Below, one piece after another: positions 42,101 to 57,100 of a stretch of DNA of 64,000 nucleotides. The position numbers were made by a program, and so were the translations under genes. Source of the stretch: Antedon mediterranea (Eukaryota > Animalia > Echinodermata); the NCBI RefSeq assembly GCF_964355755.1, contig NC_092671.1, forward strand, positions 8,742,001 to 8,806,000, in the 5' to 3' direction. How positions within the stretch are numbered: position 1 is the stretch's first letter; each line of letters opens with the position of its first letter. The notes under the pieces are model-generated. The model did no database searches. It was not told where the DNA came from and worked only from the letters and a program-made list of their open reading frames with translations.

Positions 42101-45100
42101 TATTATTATACCTCAAAACACCACACACATGCATATCAATTTAATTCTTCACATCAACCAAACAATAAGAAACCAATTAACTAAACAAACCCAAAACTTA
42201 CATGAAATACAGTTTCCTATATTTATAAATCCTTTGCAATTAAATAATGTCCAAAATTGGCCAAAAAGAGAACTTTAAGCCAAGGTTAAGAGTCTCTGAC
42301 ACTACTAGACTTGAATGGAATGTGTTTTCAACTCAACCCTTGATCAGTCAGGAAGAACTTTTTCAATGGAATGTACCATTTACCAATAGGGTTTTCGGTG
42401 AAATTTTAGACTTTTTTTGCATGCATGGGTGAACACAAAGGAAACAAAATACTACTGTACAAAGGACACTGACCTTGCTAGTAGTGGGTAACAGATATTT
42501 GTTTTGTTTTAAAATATTATTTTTAAATAATTAGCTATCACCACATAACTTTTGTAATTTCCTAATTTTCATTTTTTGTTAATTTTCATTAACATTTATA
42601 AAAAAGTAATTTTCATCAGTACTGTATTGCATTGGTATTAAATCAGTGCATGTCTATACAACATAACTAAAGTATATCCTAGTGATTTACACAGGTGCAG
42701 CAGATACAACAAGGAGGTGTGAATATGAAATAAATACAAATATACAATATTTCCAGTTGAACAACCTTCTAAAAACAAGGGCATGTTCTCAACCCTTGCC
42801 CGACTATTTACTGAATCGGCCCTGATAAACAATAGATTTATTTTGACAACATTCATAACCAGAGTGTAATAGTCAGTACATCTAATGAGATACTAATAAA
42901 CTTAATAACTTAATTTACACATTTATTAGAAAGACTACTAAAAAGAAATTGGTATACTTTTGTACAACCCTTTTGATTGATCCACATACAATAGAGGGCA
43001 GTATACCGATTTAACACTTTTTTTTCTCCAAAAAGTACAGCTAATAAATGGTAACATAATGGATGCCTAATAAAGAAAAAGATCAAAAGGTGAAGTGCAG
43101 ATAGTTTTGAATTCATTCTTAGTCTTAAATAGTAGGTTCATATAAAACAGAAGGCAGTCGTTGAGCTTGTATTATGCACTACCTCCCTACCTTGGATTGA
43201 AACTACATTTTATGCAATATTAATATATATTATATGAGTTCAATTTATCATTTTTTATTTTTTTTTGGTTATAGAATTTTAGGGGTGACCCTTGAGAAAA
43301 TGATCTAAAGTTGTTTTAGTCTAACCCCAACATTCTGGTTTATTATAGTTACAGAAACAAAATTCTAAACTAACTTCATTTTTACTTTATTTCATTTTAT
43401 GATGTTGTATCGCAATCCTTACTATATCACTAGCAAGCTGGAAAATCCACTGTAGAAAATGTGGATTTTGCAAAGTGGTTGAAAATTAAAAATAAGGATC
43501 AAGTTTGATGTAATACTACTATGTGAGTCAACCAACATGCTTCTCCACAGGATATCAAAATGGGTAAATACAACATAACATACTCAGTCATGTAAAGGAT
43601 GACATATCTATAAATTAATGTCAAACATATGTTTTTACCTGACTTTCATTACTAGAGCAATCGCTACAAGACACCAAACTCATAATTCCTTTCAAGTCTG
43701 TGTGATGCTCGGTCATTGTAAGTGCCAGTGAGTTCTAAAAAAGCAAAGAAAAAACAACTTTTTATTAAAATATATTATTTGCCTTCCAGAAAGGGAATGG
43801 AATGTTCACTGTGTTTTCAAAATGTTTATACATAAACTTTGTACACAAAAAAAATACTATTTAATGACTGTTGAATAGTGTGTACTATTGCACGCCATGT
43901 GATCCACAATCGTCCAATCAAATGACTGGAATTTATTTAAGTGTTATATAACATGTAATTAAGTTCTTCTGCGGCCCCAGACATAACATGTTATGGTATA
44001 TTTGTTGCTTTTGGGCATCGATTTTTGATGTCGAATAAATAAATGAATGTACATATACCTGAATTTGAACTCTACTAGCAAAAATAGTGTGGGTTGCACT
44101 AATGTAATTTATAGAAATCAAAACAAGATTGCTGGTAAGTGATTAATTCTGACAGTTGCAACATTTCCAAATGATTAGTTTCTTCTTTTTTTTTATTAGT
44201 GACTTTAAGATGCTACAGTAAAGTATTTGCTAGGATCTGTCTAGGATGCAGATAATCTAATTGCGTTTAAATAATCTTTATTCCTTTTTTGTTTTAAAAT
44301 AAATAATTGAGTAATAATGATACATTACAATAAAAGAAAATAATAACAGGTTATTATCTATTATTACAACAGTAAAGAAAGGTTTGTAGTAGGCCTCCAC
44401 CATATGTTATTCCTAATAGGACATAAAGTTAGAGCAATGTCTTAACCTCTGTCTACACTATCAAACTTTATGTGATGTGCCCATATATGGACATGATGTC
44501 ATATCAATACCATATTTGGGCATATCACACTTTTTTTTGCCAAACTAGTTTGATAGTGTAGGCAGAGCTTTAGAGGATTGATCATCACTAGACAAATAGA
44601 CTGGTAAGATATGAACAATTGTAGATTATCATCAATTATATTATTATACAAATTCTTAATGTCTGATTTTCCTTAAATTCTTTATTCCGAATGTGTTTTT
44701 AATGATAAAAAGCATAAATTTGCAGGTTTGGGATCTCAAAAGACATCTTCCTTTCTGTTTCTGATATTGGGTTGACTGTACAATGAAATAGATATTAATT
44801 AAGGCAATGCTTTATGATAATGGCTATGAATGCCCTAATTGTACAATAGATAAAAACATAATAAAACCAGTAGGCCTACCTCCAATGTATTATATTGCTT
44901 CTTGCTCTCCTGCACTTCTGCTTCTATTTGATTTATTTCCGATTCCAACTTCACGATGCATTCTGAATTAACATTTATTTAAGACAAAGATATTACTGAC
45001 AATAAATTTCAGATTTAAAAAAAATAGCTACCTATAAACATTTAACATGCTAAGTACAATAATATATTATATGTAATAAATGCTTTACCTTCTTTTACTT

Positions 45101-48100
45101 TCAAATTGTCTTCGAGTTTGTTTAGTTCACTGAAATAATAAATTTTAAAAAAATATATAATTTCAATAATAATATTTACAGATTACAAATTGTTCAAATA
45201 GCAAAGAAAAAGATATTGGCAAATACAAACAGTGAAAGTGATTTGTGTAAATTTGATTAAGCAAAATTGACTTTAAGAAATTTATATTTTTCTGAATGAG
45301 GGGCTAATAACCTTTGCTTAAAGATTTTATATAAACAAGTAAATTAAGTATAATGTAAACACAATATAATTCTAATATACTATAATTACAGTTTAACTAC
45401 TTACATTTGTTGTTGGTCAAGTTGACTTTCCAACTGTTGCTTATGCTGAAGTTGCTGTTGCAATGCGTGGGCTGCCGTCTGAGCCTCATCCTGCATACTA
45501 ACAAACTCTGCGTTACATTTATCAATCTACAACAAATGGAGGAGTGGGCAGAAAACAACACATTTGAATGTAATTATGTACATATGTAAACGGAGAGGGA
45601 GGTGGGTTGAGAATAACAATCTTATTTACACAACTTTACAGTAAAGAATGTCACATAAAGTTTGATAGTGTTGACAGAGTTTTAGAAAGGAAAACATAGG
45701 ACTTACTTTTTCATCTAAAATACAAATATTATCATTAGCTTTTGATAATGCTGAAATTAACCTATCGTTCTCTTGTCGTAGTGATTCCAAATCCGGTTGA
45801 GACTCTGGTTGCTTTTGTAAAAGCAAAAGTGTTTCTGAATGTCTTTTTATCATCTTGCCATTTTCATCTATAAAATAAGTTTTATTTAAAAAAAAATAAA
45901 GAGTATTCTGGTGTGGATTTAGGCGGGGGATTAACAGGCTTTAGTCTGTTAGCCCTCTTCCTAAAATTCAACAGCCATGTCATTTTAAAATAAAATAATG
46001 ATTATTTTCTGCAACAATTTTTATCCTTTATGAAATAGTTAGACCCCAACACCTCCCCCACCCCATCACTAATCTATGATGCTGGATCCACCCTGTTATT
46101 TAAATAAAAATAATAATTATGATATAAACCATTTTTTGGATCATGTGACAATGTTGGTATTGGGCAAATCTTGTTTAAATTGTCTTTAATTAAAGATTTA
46201 TGATTCCAAATATGATATTCAACATTTCCAATAAAAAACAATTTCTAGGAAATGTTTGTAATCTGTTAACAGAGGTATTCATTCATTCAAGTATATTCAT
46301 ATTAATGATTACGTATATCATGGAGAATGTCTTTATGTTCTCTAATTGGAAAGATATTATTTCAAATAAGACATAAAATCCACTGTAATAGTATAGAGAG
46401 AGATTGATAATTAAACAATGACATACCTCTCAGTTTCTTGATGATTTGCCTTAACTTTGCAATTCTATAAAAAAAAAGGTAAACATTGAAAATATTTAGT
46501 ACCAATTTTATTCATTTGTGGAAATTTAATGTGCCTTTTGGTCAAAATAAATAACTAGTATGTGACATTAAATGGAATATTTAACAAAAACATTAAAAAG
46601 GGGGACAATATATATATTGCATACATTTTTTTATATATACAAGTTCTATAGTGCGTATTACAGAATATATCATATATAAAGGATTTGCTATAAAAATACA
46701 ACAATTAACAACAATAAAACAATCCAAATACAGCAATACCTTCCTTCTGATTCAGACTTTTCACTAGCAAATGACGTCACATATTCTAAAAGTGCGTCAA
46801 CATCTGCATATAGAGGGTTCTCAGGCAATATCTACAAGGACAAAACATTATATTACATAAATGTTTACTCATTTAACTTGGCATTAACAATATGAAGTAG
46901 CTTATATTTTACATCTGTGTGGCTACCCACAAGCTGTCGAGCAATGAATGAGAAACAATTTAGGCACTGAAAAAATAATACAGAGGCTCTGTTCCATAGT
47001 ACTGTAGCAAAAATAAAAACAGATTGGTTCAATTTTTTTTAGGCAAAATAAAAAAGAAATTATTTTGGAATTAGAAACTGAACAAAAATGTAAAAAATGT
47101 AAGAACAAGCCAAACATTATTTACACTATCACAAGCATTCTATCATGTGAGAAATATGAAATATTAATGTACAAGTTTTCCATATTTGATATGTTTAGTA
47201 TTTTGCAGTTATAAGTGCTTAACCCACAGATCGTGGCTCAGTACCAATATTGTTCTCAGTGGTAAAAACAACACCATATAATTATTAAGAAAATAAGTTT
47301 AATTTTAATGTAAAATTTTAATTCTAAAATAGAACAATTCTAATTTATTTGTGTCTTAGTCTACTACAATAAAATAAAACTAACATATTTTTATGGCATT
47401 TATGATGATACATTTATCAAACCTAAGTGAAGATTTCATTGCTGTTAGTTTTGGAATGAAGAAAAATTTTTTAAATTACTAAACTAAGATCTGTTGTACC
47501 TGTTTGTCTGTGAGTCCCTTATCAACCAATGCCTTTTGTTCCAGTATGTTATGAATCTTCTGTTTAATAGAATGTTCCCTCTTCTTCAACTCGGAAGTAA
47601 AATTGTTGAGTTTTCCATCACCTACACTAAACAGATACTCATCATCCCTACCAGTTTCGATTGGTGTTCCACAGAGTGGGGATGGTAGATTACTTTCCTG
47701 ACTCACCTAAAAAAAAAATTTATTAGTGTGATATGATTGTATGTCAAATATTTTTTTCCTACACAATAAACTTGTTTTTTAAATATGATATGCAGTAGAG
47801 CCCCTAATAAATGGTCACTTTTGGAACCCATAATGTCCCCTTAATAGGAGTATCTCCATAAAACACCCCCAGTTCATTATTTCATATGTGTCCCTTAATA
47901 GGAGTGCCCCTTAAATAAGTGGGGTTCTACTTATTAGGCGTAACACAAGAGTCATACAGGTAGGCCTCTGGTATAGCACTTCTAAAAGAAGGACCCTCCA
48001 ACACTGGGTAGTTGCAGGGGGATGTTCAATCTCTCTCTGGAGCCCCTGGGTTTAGCCAGTGAGCACTCAGAGCAACCACTGGTTCTACTGTAATTTTGTA

Positions 48101-51100
48101 TTATTCCATCAATACTCTACAGTAAACAAATTCACTAATTGACCAGCTATTATATGACATCAAAGTACTGTATTCTAAAAATCAACATAATTTGTCTAAA
48201 TTAGGTTGCTTTTGTAAAATGTATAATGATTGCAATTCATCCTTTTATCATATTTATAGCAAAAGGCAAGACTATAAAAATATATGTTATATTAAATTAA
48301 ATGTTACAAATATTATTAAAATTAGACAAATTGAAGCAAATCTGTGGTTAATCATGTGATTTACGGCATTTCTCGTTGCCAGTTTGGGTAAGGTGTTGAG
48401 ACTTAAACAGGAAATTGAAAGCATAATTACAGGCAAGCTGTCAATGGCGATAAGAGGCTATTTACAAGTAAATTTATAATCCCTTCTAAATAATATAAGG
48501 GGTACTGGGGACATACAGCAACCAAATGGAGCTATATATTTTCTCTAGTCGTACAGAAATGCATTTCACAAGATTAAAAAAAAAAAAGATAAAATATAAA
48601 ATCCTTTATGGTTGTCCTTATGTAGCAGTGTTTTTGTACCAATATTTGTTATACTTTGGCATATAATAGGTACAGCAGGGAAAAATTTCTTTTTACAATT
48701 TTTTAATCAAACTAGCAGATAAAATAATTTATGATGTCAGGCATTTTAGTCTATCACTGTTATTTTTCAATTTACAAATCAAAGCATAGTTACACAAAGG
48801 TCATAAACATATCAAAGCCCATTAAAAAGTGCTGGGCCACTTGCATGACGTTGAAACTGCCAAATAGCTTCACATTTTGGAAAGGCAAAACTAATATAAA
48901 TCAATTAATTTTACTGACTAATGACTTCTAATGACTGTCATTAGACATTGCATTCATTAATTATGATATATTAACCATTGTTTCTCTTTGTAGAAAATTA
49001 CTTATTTTTTCCATAATTATAAGTAGTGGCAACACAATCCCAGTTTCTATTTTGTCAATTAGATTAGATATTATTTAATATCCTCATCTTGAATGAGACC
49101 ATACCATTATCCATCAGCATGTAATAGTTGACCAGTAACTTGCATTACATATACTAATAATTAAATTTGACCTATACAGGTGTTTTCTGGGTCCTAAAGT
49201 TGTCCCTCTTAATATGACTGTCCTCTTAATATGGGTGTCCTCTGAATAGGGGTTGACCATGTGTTAAATCATATATTGCCCCTTATTAATTTCATAGAAA
49301 AGTTCCCCTTAATGGTGGTGTCCCTTGAATAGTGCTGTCCCAAAAAAGGTGTTCCACTGTAATTGAAATGAAATATGAACGACATGCCTTACTCTTTATA
49401 AATTGAGTTAAAAAAAAGTTTGCTTTACTAACCAAACATTTGAGCTCGGAATGCAAGCTTCTAACAACAGGGACAACCCCTTTCTGAGGAGTACTCGTAT
49501 TGATTGGGGTCAGAGAGCTTCTTTCAGTATAATCATCAGTGACATGTTCTTGTGATTGAAACACCATTAGTTCTTGTTTAATCTCAAGAATCTGATTCTC
49601 TAGCTGGATCTTCTCTGTTTTGAGTTTCTAGATTGACAATAAAATTAATAATGAGTAATAAAGTGTAGTTTATGATAATACAGTGTAACTTTATTACCTT
49701 TGAGATCCAAGAAATGTCCCCTTAAATAGAGTTGCTCTTGAAACGTAGTTAGCTATAGTGTTCAAAGATATATTGCCCCATTTATTTAATGGAAAAGTGG
49801 CCCCTTAATAGAGGTTTCCTCTGAATAGTCCCAAAAAAGGGGTTCTACTATGATAGATTCATAAAAACCCTTGATAAATTAATGTTGTAGAATAAAAGAT
49901 AGCTCTAATATTGCCTCCCTCAATTTTCCAACCCAAAATGAAAATATATTGAACATTCAGTACTGAAGACAATGCTTGTGGAAAAATAGTAAATTTTAAT
50001 ATTTAATAAGTAAAAAAAAAAGAATATGAATAGTGTACAGTAGTATAATAGATAGAAAGAATAAATAATTGGAATATGCAGATGATGGTGGGTGAATAGA
50101 CATTTAAAAGACAAAAGCTGAAGTTTAAATAAACATATACAAAGGCCTATATAATAGCTTATATAATAGCTAGACAAGTGTATGTAAATATGCAATTATC
50201 AAAGGTAAAGTATAAAGGACAAATGTCTTGAAATGATATATTAATTATTGTAGCTAAGATAAAGGAAGCTATAGAGATAGAATTAAAGCTGCTCAAAACA
50301 TGTCAAAACTCATGGAATGTATCTACAATATAAATGCTATAAATCAACCATCCAGATATGACTATAGTTTGAATCCCTGCCCTCCTCCACAGCACCCATG
50401 CAGTTAAATTTAAAACTTCTTTATAGTAATTGATGAAATTAGACCTAAATCTATTATTTTACAGCAACAACAAACATGTTTTAAATACTATACTAATATG
50501 GAAATAATAATAGTGCTTCAGCCAACATAAGCTTGTCTGAAAATTTGAACGTAATATAAAATAAAGCTTAAATTCAAAATATCCAATATTTTTGTGAGAA
50601 TATTTAATTAGATTAAAATACTAAAATCATTGAGAATATATGATTGCATTAGGCTTGCAGGGTAGTTTGCATGGGTGCTGTGGAGGAGGGCAGGGATTCA
50701 AACTATAGTCATATCTGGATGGTTGATTTATAGCATTTATATTGTAGATACATTCCATGAGTTTTGACATGTTTTGAGCAGCTTTAATTCTATCTCTATA
50801 GCTTCCTTTATCTTAGCTACAATAATTAATAATTAGTAATTTGATTTATAAATAGTCTTCCATTATACTATAACCATGCAACTTTAATCTTATTGGTTGG
50901 ACCTCTTGGAAAAAAAATATGTTAATAGTGATTATTACAGATTAACTTATGACATAACAACTTCGCTATTGTTAAATTATGAGAATGCGATTTTATCCTT
51001 CAGGTAATAACTATAGTTTTAAGCCCTGTCTACACTATAAAAAAAAATGTGAGGTGCCCAAATATGGTAGTGATATGCTTAAATATGATAGAGATATGAC

Positions 51101-54100
51101 ATCATCATATGGGCACACCACTTTTTTTTTTGACACATAAAGTTTGATGATGTAGACAGACCTTTACTTATTGGTTGGCTTGTGATGGTTTCAAAATAAT
51201 ATTCACTTAGTGTGCTTAACTAGACATTTCTAACTGAACTACACTATAACTGGCAATGTAAAAGAATTTAGAATCAATAACGACGTTATTGAATGGTGTT
51301 TATGGGATCCAACCTTACAATAGATCAAATCAATAAAAGTGATTTGGTTTTACATGTAAAATATTTGTCATATAATATTAGGGAATATTAGATTAGTTGT
51401 AATTTTACATAATAAATAAGGAATATCATGTGACACCCTATATTGTTGAATTTAATAATAAGAAGGTTACATAATATAACATGGATATACAAATATACAA
51501 TTATCTCATTGTAAATATTTTTTTTATTTTTTTTAATATAAATTTTGTTTAACATGGTACAGTAGCTTTCATTTGGTGTTATTCTACAATTGCTGTTTAC
51601 AAAAAAAATATATTTATTATTTTCTATGAAACATACAGTCAAATACAAAATTAGTTTATTATTATTATTTTCCAAAATAAAAAATACATTACTTTTTCTA
51701 ATGCTTTAATAGTAGTATTAAAGAGAAACTGGGAATAAATTGATGGGTTCGGTCAAAGTAAACTTGGTTTTTTAAAAGTGTGTAAAAAAAATACATACAT
51801 CTTTTTCATTTTGTTCTTCAAGTAGAACAGTTTGTAAATCTTCACATTTCTGAACTCTCTGATGAATAAAAAACAATATAACATAAAGTACAATAGGAAT
51901 TTAGATTCACTTTTGATAGAATAATATTAATATCATAAACAAATCATGCATTCTTTCTCCAGAAGATCTATACTTGTTGTGCAATGTGCTAGGCCTGAAA
52001 ATTGTGCGATGGAAAAATTTGAGTGTGAATTGTTACATGACCCAGCCTTTTACATACAAATTAATATGGAAGCGATTGATTAATTCTAGTATAGCATGCA
52101 AATGAGTTTAATGTTTTGTGTTAGTTAAATGGGTTCACATTGTTGAATAGAACAGTCAATCTTTCAACTCATGAAAATATCCTCCTATTCAACTAGAAAA
52201 CGTTCATTATTTAAACAAAAATTGTATAATGTGCTATTATCACAAGCATAAGTTTAATTGGACCTTCACCATTCAAAGCATTGCAGTATATTTATACATA
52301 ATATATGTTATGTAAGGTTACCATATATTACAAATAAATTTATTTTATCCTTTGCAGGAAATTATACCAATATAAAAAATAACATAATTACCTCAGATAG
52401 CTTCATCTCATGTTCTGTAAGGCATTCTTTAGTAGTCTCAAGACAGTTCTGTAAGAAATTACATATATATAATCATTATTAAACAATTTAAATACATTGT
52501 TACTATTAAGAGTCTCACTGCTGGTAATAATTATGACAACAGTTTAAATGGACTATATTATTACAAGGCAGTCTTATGAATATGGTAATTATTACTGAGT
52601 TTTGTTATGAGTTTGTAATTACTGATAAATGACCATATTTGGAATGTTCTTCATATTAGTATTTTTATGCTGAATTACTATATTTTCTTGTTTTGCTTTA
52701 TCTTAAACATGACCAAATTCAGTGTTCAAAGAGGATAAGTACATTTTTTTAAATTGCATATTTAACGGTTTAAATTACATTAACATTTTAAATTTTATAT
52801 ATAGTAATAAAGTTCAATGATATTATCCTAAATAGTATACTCTGATTACGGTCATAATGAGTCATTACGTATACATCTGCTGTAAATTGGTATATACAGC
52901 CAACAAAACAAACTAGATGAAATAAATAGGAAATTCAACAGGAAACATTAGGAGGATCTAATCAAAATCTGCCTCATCTAAACTGTCATCTATATTATAA
53001 GAGAGTGCTTGTATGTTTTTTTGCTATTGCATGCATACATGTGAGATATTTAAATGTACTGGAAAGGTTTTAAACTACATTTTAACAATGTCTGGGGATG
53101 GGGGTTTTAGGGAAATGTAGTATCAAAATGAATGGAATTGTACTAAAGAATTGTTTTTAAACTACATTTGAAAACTTCCCTGGAGAGTGGGTGGGTAAGA
53201 GTTGGTATCGCTCTAGGGGGCGGATATCTTTGCTTTAATTAATATTTCATTTGTAATGTTAAAATAAAATTCTGTGGCTTACTTGATTTTTTTGTTTGTC
53301 AATCAAGGACATTAGTCACATTGTTTATATTGGATTGTATTGATGGTGCGGGTCAGAGATGGATATATTTATTAAACAATAAGTTTTATTATTTATTTAC
53401 CATGTAATATTTGAGGGTTTCATCTGTTTTACTCTTCTGAGAATGAAGTTGATCCAACTCATGTTGTGTCTGTGACAACTTTAAATAGAAACAACAAAAG
53501 ATGAGACAGTGTCATTTAATAAATTGCATATCAATTGCAATCAACATATCTTCAGTAAAAAACCTGACTCTATTGTCCATATGGTTACAAGATAAAGTTT
53601 ATTCTTATATAATCAATGATAAGAATAGATTATGTAATTAGATTATATCGATCTATACAAATACAAAGTCCTCTTTCTCACTTATAAACTCATTTATCAG
53701 ACGAAAAAAAAAAAGGTAGATATTAATGATAACGTTTACTTAATGTCTGTGTTCTCAGAAAGAAATAATGAGAATGCTGTAATTTAAAGTAATAAAAATC
53801 TCTTTTAGACAAGTCATTGCGATGCATACAAAATACCACTGACAATTAATAAAATAAATCATAATTACCTCATCCTCTAAGTTTGTAATTCTTGTTTCTA
53901 GAACTTCTCTTTCATATTCCTATTGAATACAAACAAAGAGTTTAAAAATGCTAAAATAACAAAAAACATGAATATTTATCTATTTGTAATGAGTAGTTAA
54001 TGGACATTTTTTTTAAAGACATTATAAAGATATGAAATATGAATAATAAAAAATAAAGAAATTACTATTCATGCTGTTTACTGGGAATGCAATAGACATG

Positions 54101-57100
54101 TTGCAGCCATGTAATACATTTTAAGGATTTTTTAGTATAATTAGAAAAAAATGAACGAGACACTTTTTATGCCGTAGCAAATATTATAAAAACTCAATGG
54201 CAGTGTGCTCTTTTGTATGATGAATATAGGAAAAAAGAATAGTTTAATTTAAAACAGGACAAAAAAGGGTACAGTAGAATTTCTCCTTTAGAACACCTAT
54301 TTAAGGGACACTCTGTTGGGCCCACATGGGTCTGTCTACACTATCAAACCAGTTTGACAAAAAAAGAGTGATGTGCCCAAATATGGTAGTGATATGCTCA
54401 AATATGGTAGTGATATGACATCATGTCCATATATGGGCACATCACATTTTTTTGTCACATGAAGTTTGATAGTGTAGTTGACAGAGCTTTAAGCAGGGTT
54501 ATACCGTCTATTGTCAATCTCCAGACAGAGGTTTGAATTATGTTTGTATTAATGTATCGTCTCAAATCATCATATGGCTATATGTCTCTTTCAGATGATT
54601 GCATTAATACATCTTTCATCAATCAACTCATGCATTTATATCGATTTGTATCTTTTTATGCTTTCAGATATTTGTTTTCTAAAGTGAAACCGAAATGAAA
54701 TACTTACAAGGTGTTGATATTTATTTTGTATTTCTTTTTTGGCATCTTCAGTACTTGAAAGTGTTATTTTTAGTTCTTGATTTTCTTGCCGTACACAGAG
54801 GTTCCTTTGAGTTATAACTTGTGAACTGTTCATGAAAAGGTAAAGTGAATATTCATGTCATTTATATTTGTTGACAATTAAAATTAGATTTGAACCTGAG
54901 ACAAAAACAGGAAAATTGAGATTCAGATTTAATGACATCAGTAAAGCTCTGTTTACACTATCAAACTAGTTTGACAAAAAAGGTGTGATGTGCTTAAATA
55001 CGGTAGTGATATGACGTCATCGTGTCAATATATGGGCACATCACATTTTTTGTCGCATAAAGTTTGATAGTGTAGACATAGCTTAACAATAGTAAAAACG
55101 TAATTAATACCCTTTAATTTGTAGCTTAAGCTTTTCTAAGTCCGCTACTAGTTGTGAATTACTTTCCTCTGTAACTTCAAGTTGGCTTTTTAATTTGGCA
55201 TTTTGTTCAGTCAATTTCCGGATTTGAAAATTCTGATCATCAATCTTATTATGAAGATCGGCTGATTCTCTATGGAATAAATAATAAAATTTAAAAATAC
55301 AAAAGAAATACAATCTTAACTACACCAACAAGTACTAAAACAATATTGATGGTAAAAGTGCCTATATGCACAGTCAAGCGTGCGTGTAATTTAATATTTT
55401 CTATCGGCACGGTTAAACATGCACCTTGTTCCCTGAAACAACAGAAACATTATTATATAAACTAATTTAATACACATTGTCAATCTTTTCTATAGAAATA
55501 GCATTGTCTATTGATGGAGAAATAGCATTGTCTATTGATGGATTGTATTTGATAAAGTAGTATAAATTGGTTCATAGTTTTATATTATGAGATGTGTAAT
55601 ATATAATGGGGGAAGGGCATAGAAAGGTTGGTGACCAAGTTTGTACTGTATTTGACACAAAATCAATAACACCTGAGTGAAGTTCTCATAAAAATACTGT
55701 ATTTATCTCTGGTCAATATCATTACACAATTCTATGATCAATACAATAATCATAAAATGAGAACATTTATACCAACTAATTTATATAATGTAAAACAAAT
55801 GACAATATGCACAGTAATAGTAAATTATATGCTCATATGTATTATTGTATTATATTCTACCAAAAGGACACAGAAAATAATGCCATTTCCTGCCATTAGG
55901 CACCCAGACTGTAACACGTCAAACTAGTCTAAAATACATACTGTATTACATCTAGACTAATATAACCACAGATATCACGTATGTTCAAAATGGTACAAGT
56001 CAACTGTGTTTTATTTGTTCAAACAATTACATATATAGATTAAACTGTATACATTGAATTTGAGAGCGAGTGCTTTTAATAATCAAAATAACAAGTTTAA
56101 AACATGTATTAGATATGCACAAGTTTACACCTGTTAAAACAGGATGATATTTTCCTTATTACTTACTCTTCATTTAGCCACATTAATTGCCTATTATTCC
56201 AAGTTGCGGTATCATTATCTATGGTATCCATGGTAAGATACAGTACCTGCAGTAGTATTCCTTATAAATGACTATTAGTATATATACACCTGTTAGAATT
56301 ACAATATGAATACACCTTCCATCCAGGTTTGAAATGTAGACACAGAGTCAAAAATGGTCTAGTCACAGTTTCACAATACGAATACAGGCAACCACTGAAT
56401 TTGCAGAATAATCAAGTGGAATTCCAATGTGAATACACCTTTAAACTGGTTTGCAATGTGGACACAGGCTAAAAATAAGTATAAATTCTCAAAATATAAA
56501 CATCTTCACAGTATGAATGCAGGCAACCACTGAACTTGCAGAATAATCAAGTGGAATTGCAATGTCAATACACCTTTAAACAATTTGGACACAGGCTAAA
56601 AAATGTTTAATAGTAAATTCTCAACATATAACACTTTCACAGTAGGAATACAGGTAACTCATCAGATAGGAAAACACACTTTCATCAAACACAAGAAACA
56701 AACATTCTCTCAATGTGAACATGAGTATTCCAAATTAACAAGTCCTGCAGCAGCAAAACAAATATTACAAGCGTTGTTTGCGGTGAGTAGATCCAATGTG
56801 GTGCAGTGTCAGTTGACTCAATTATTTCAGCATTAGTTCTACTGCTACGTCAGAGGCAGCACAACAGGAAAACTTGTGATAGTGAGCGAGCTTAATCAAA
56901 TCTTAGTGTGTGTGCATTTAACATTAAGGCCAGATTTTACCAATAGCAATAACAGAAAAAAGTGCTAAATATTTTCATAGCATGATGATAATTATCATGT
57001 GATCATGGAGTATTGGAAAATGGCCAACAATGACAGTATTGATTTTTTATTAATAGTTTTATACTGAATAACACATTTTGCAATAGAACAAAATAGCAAA

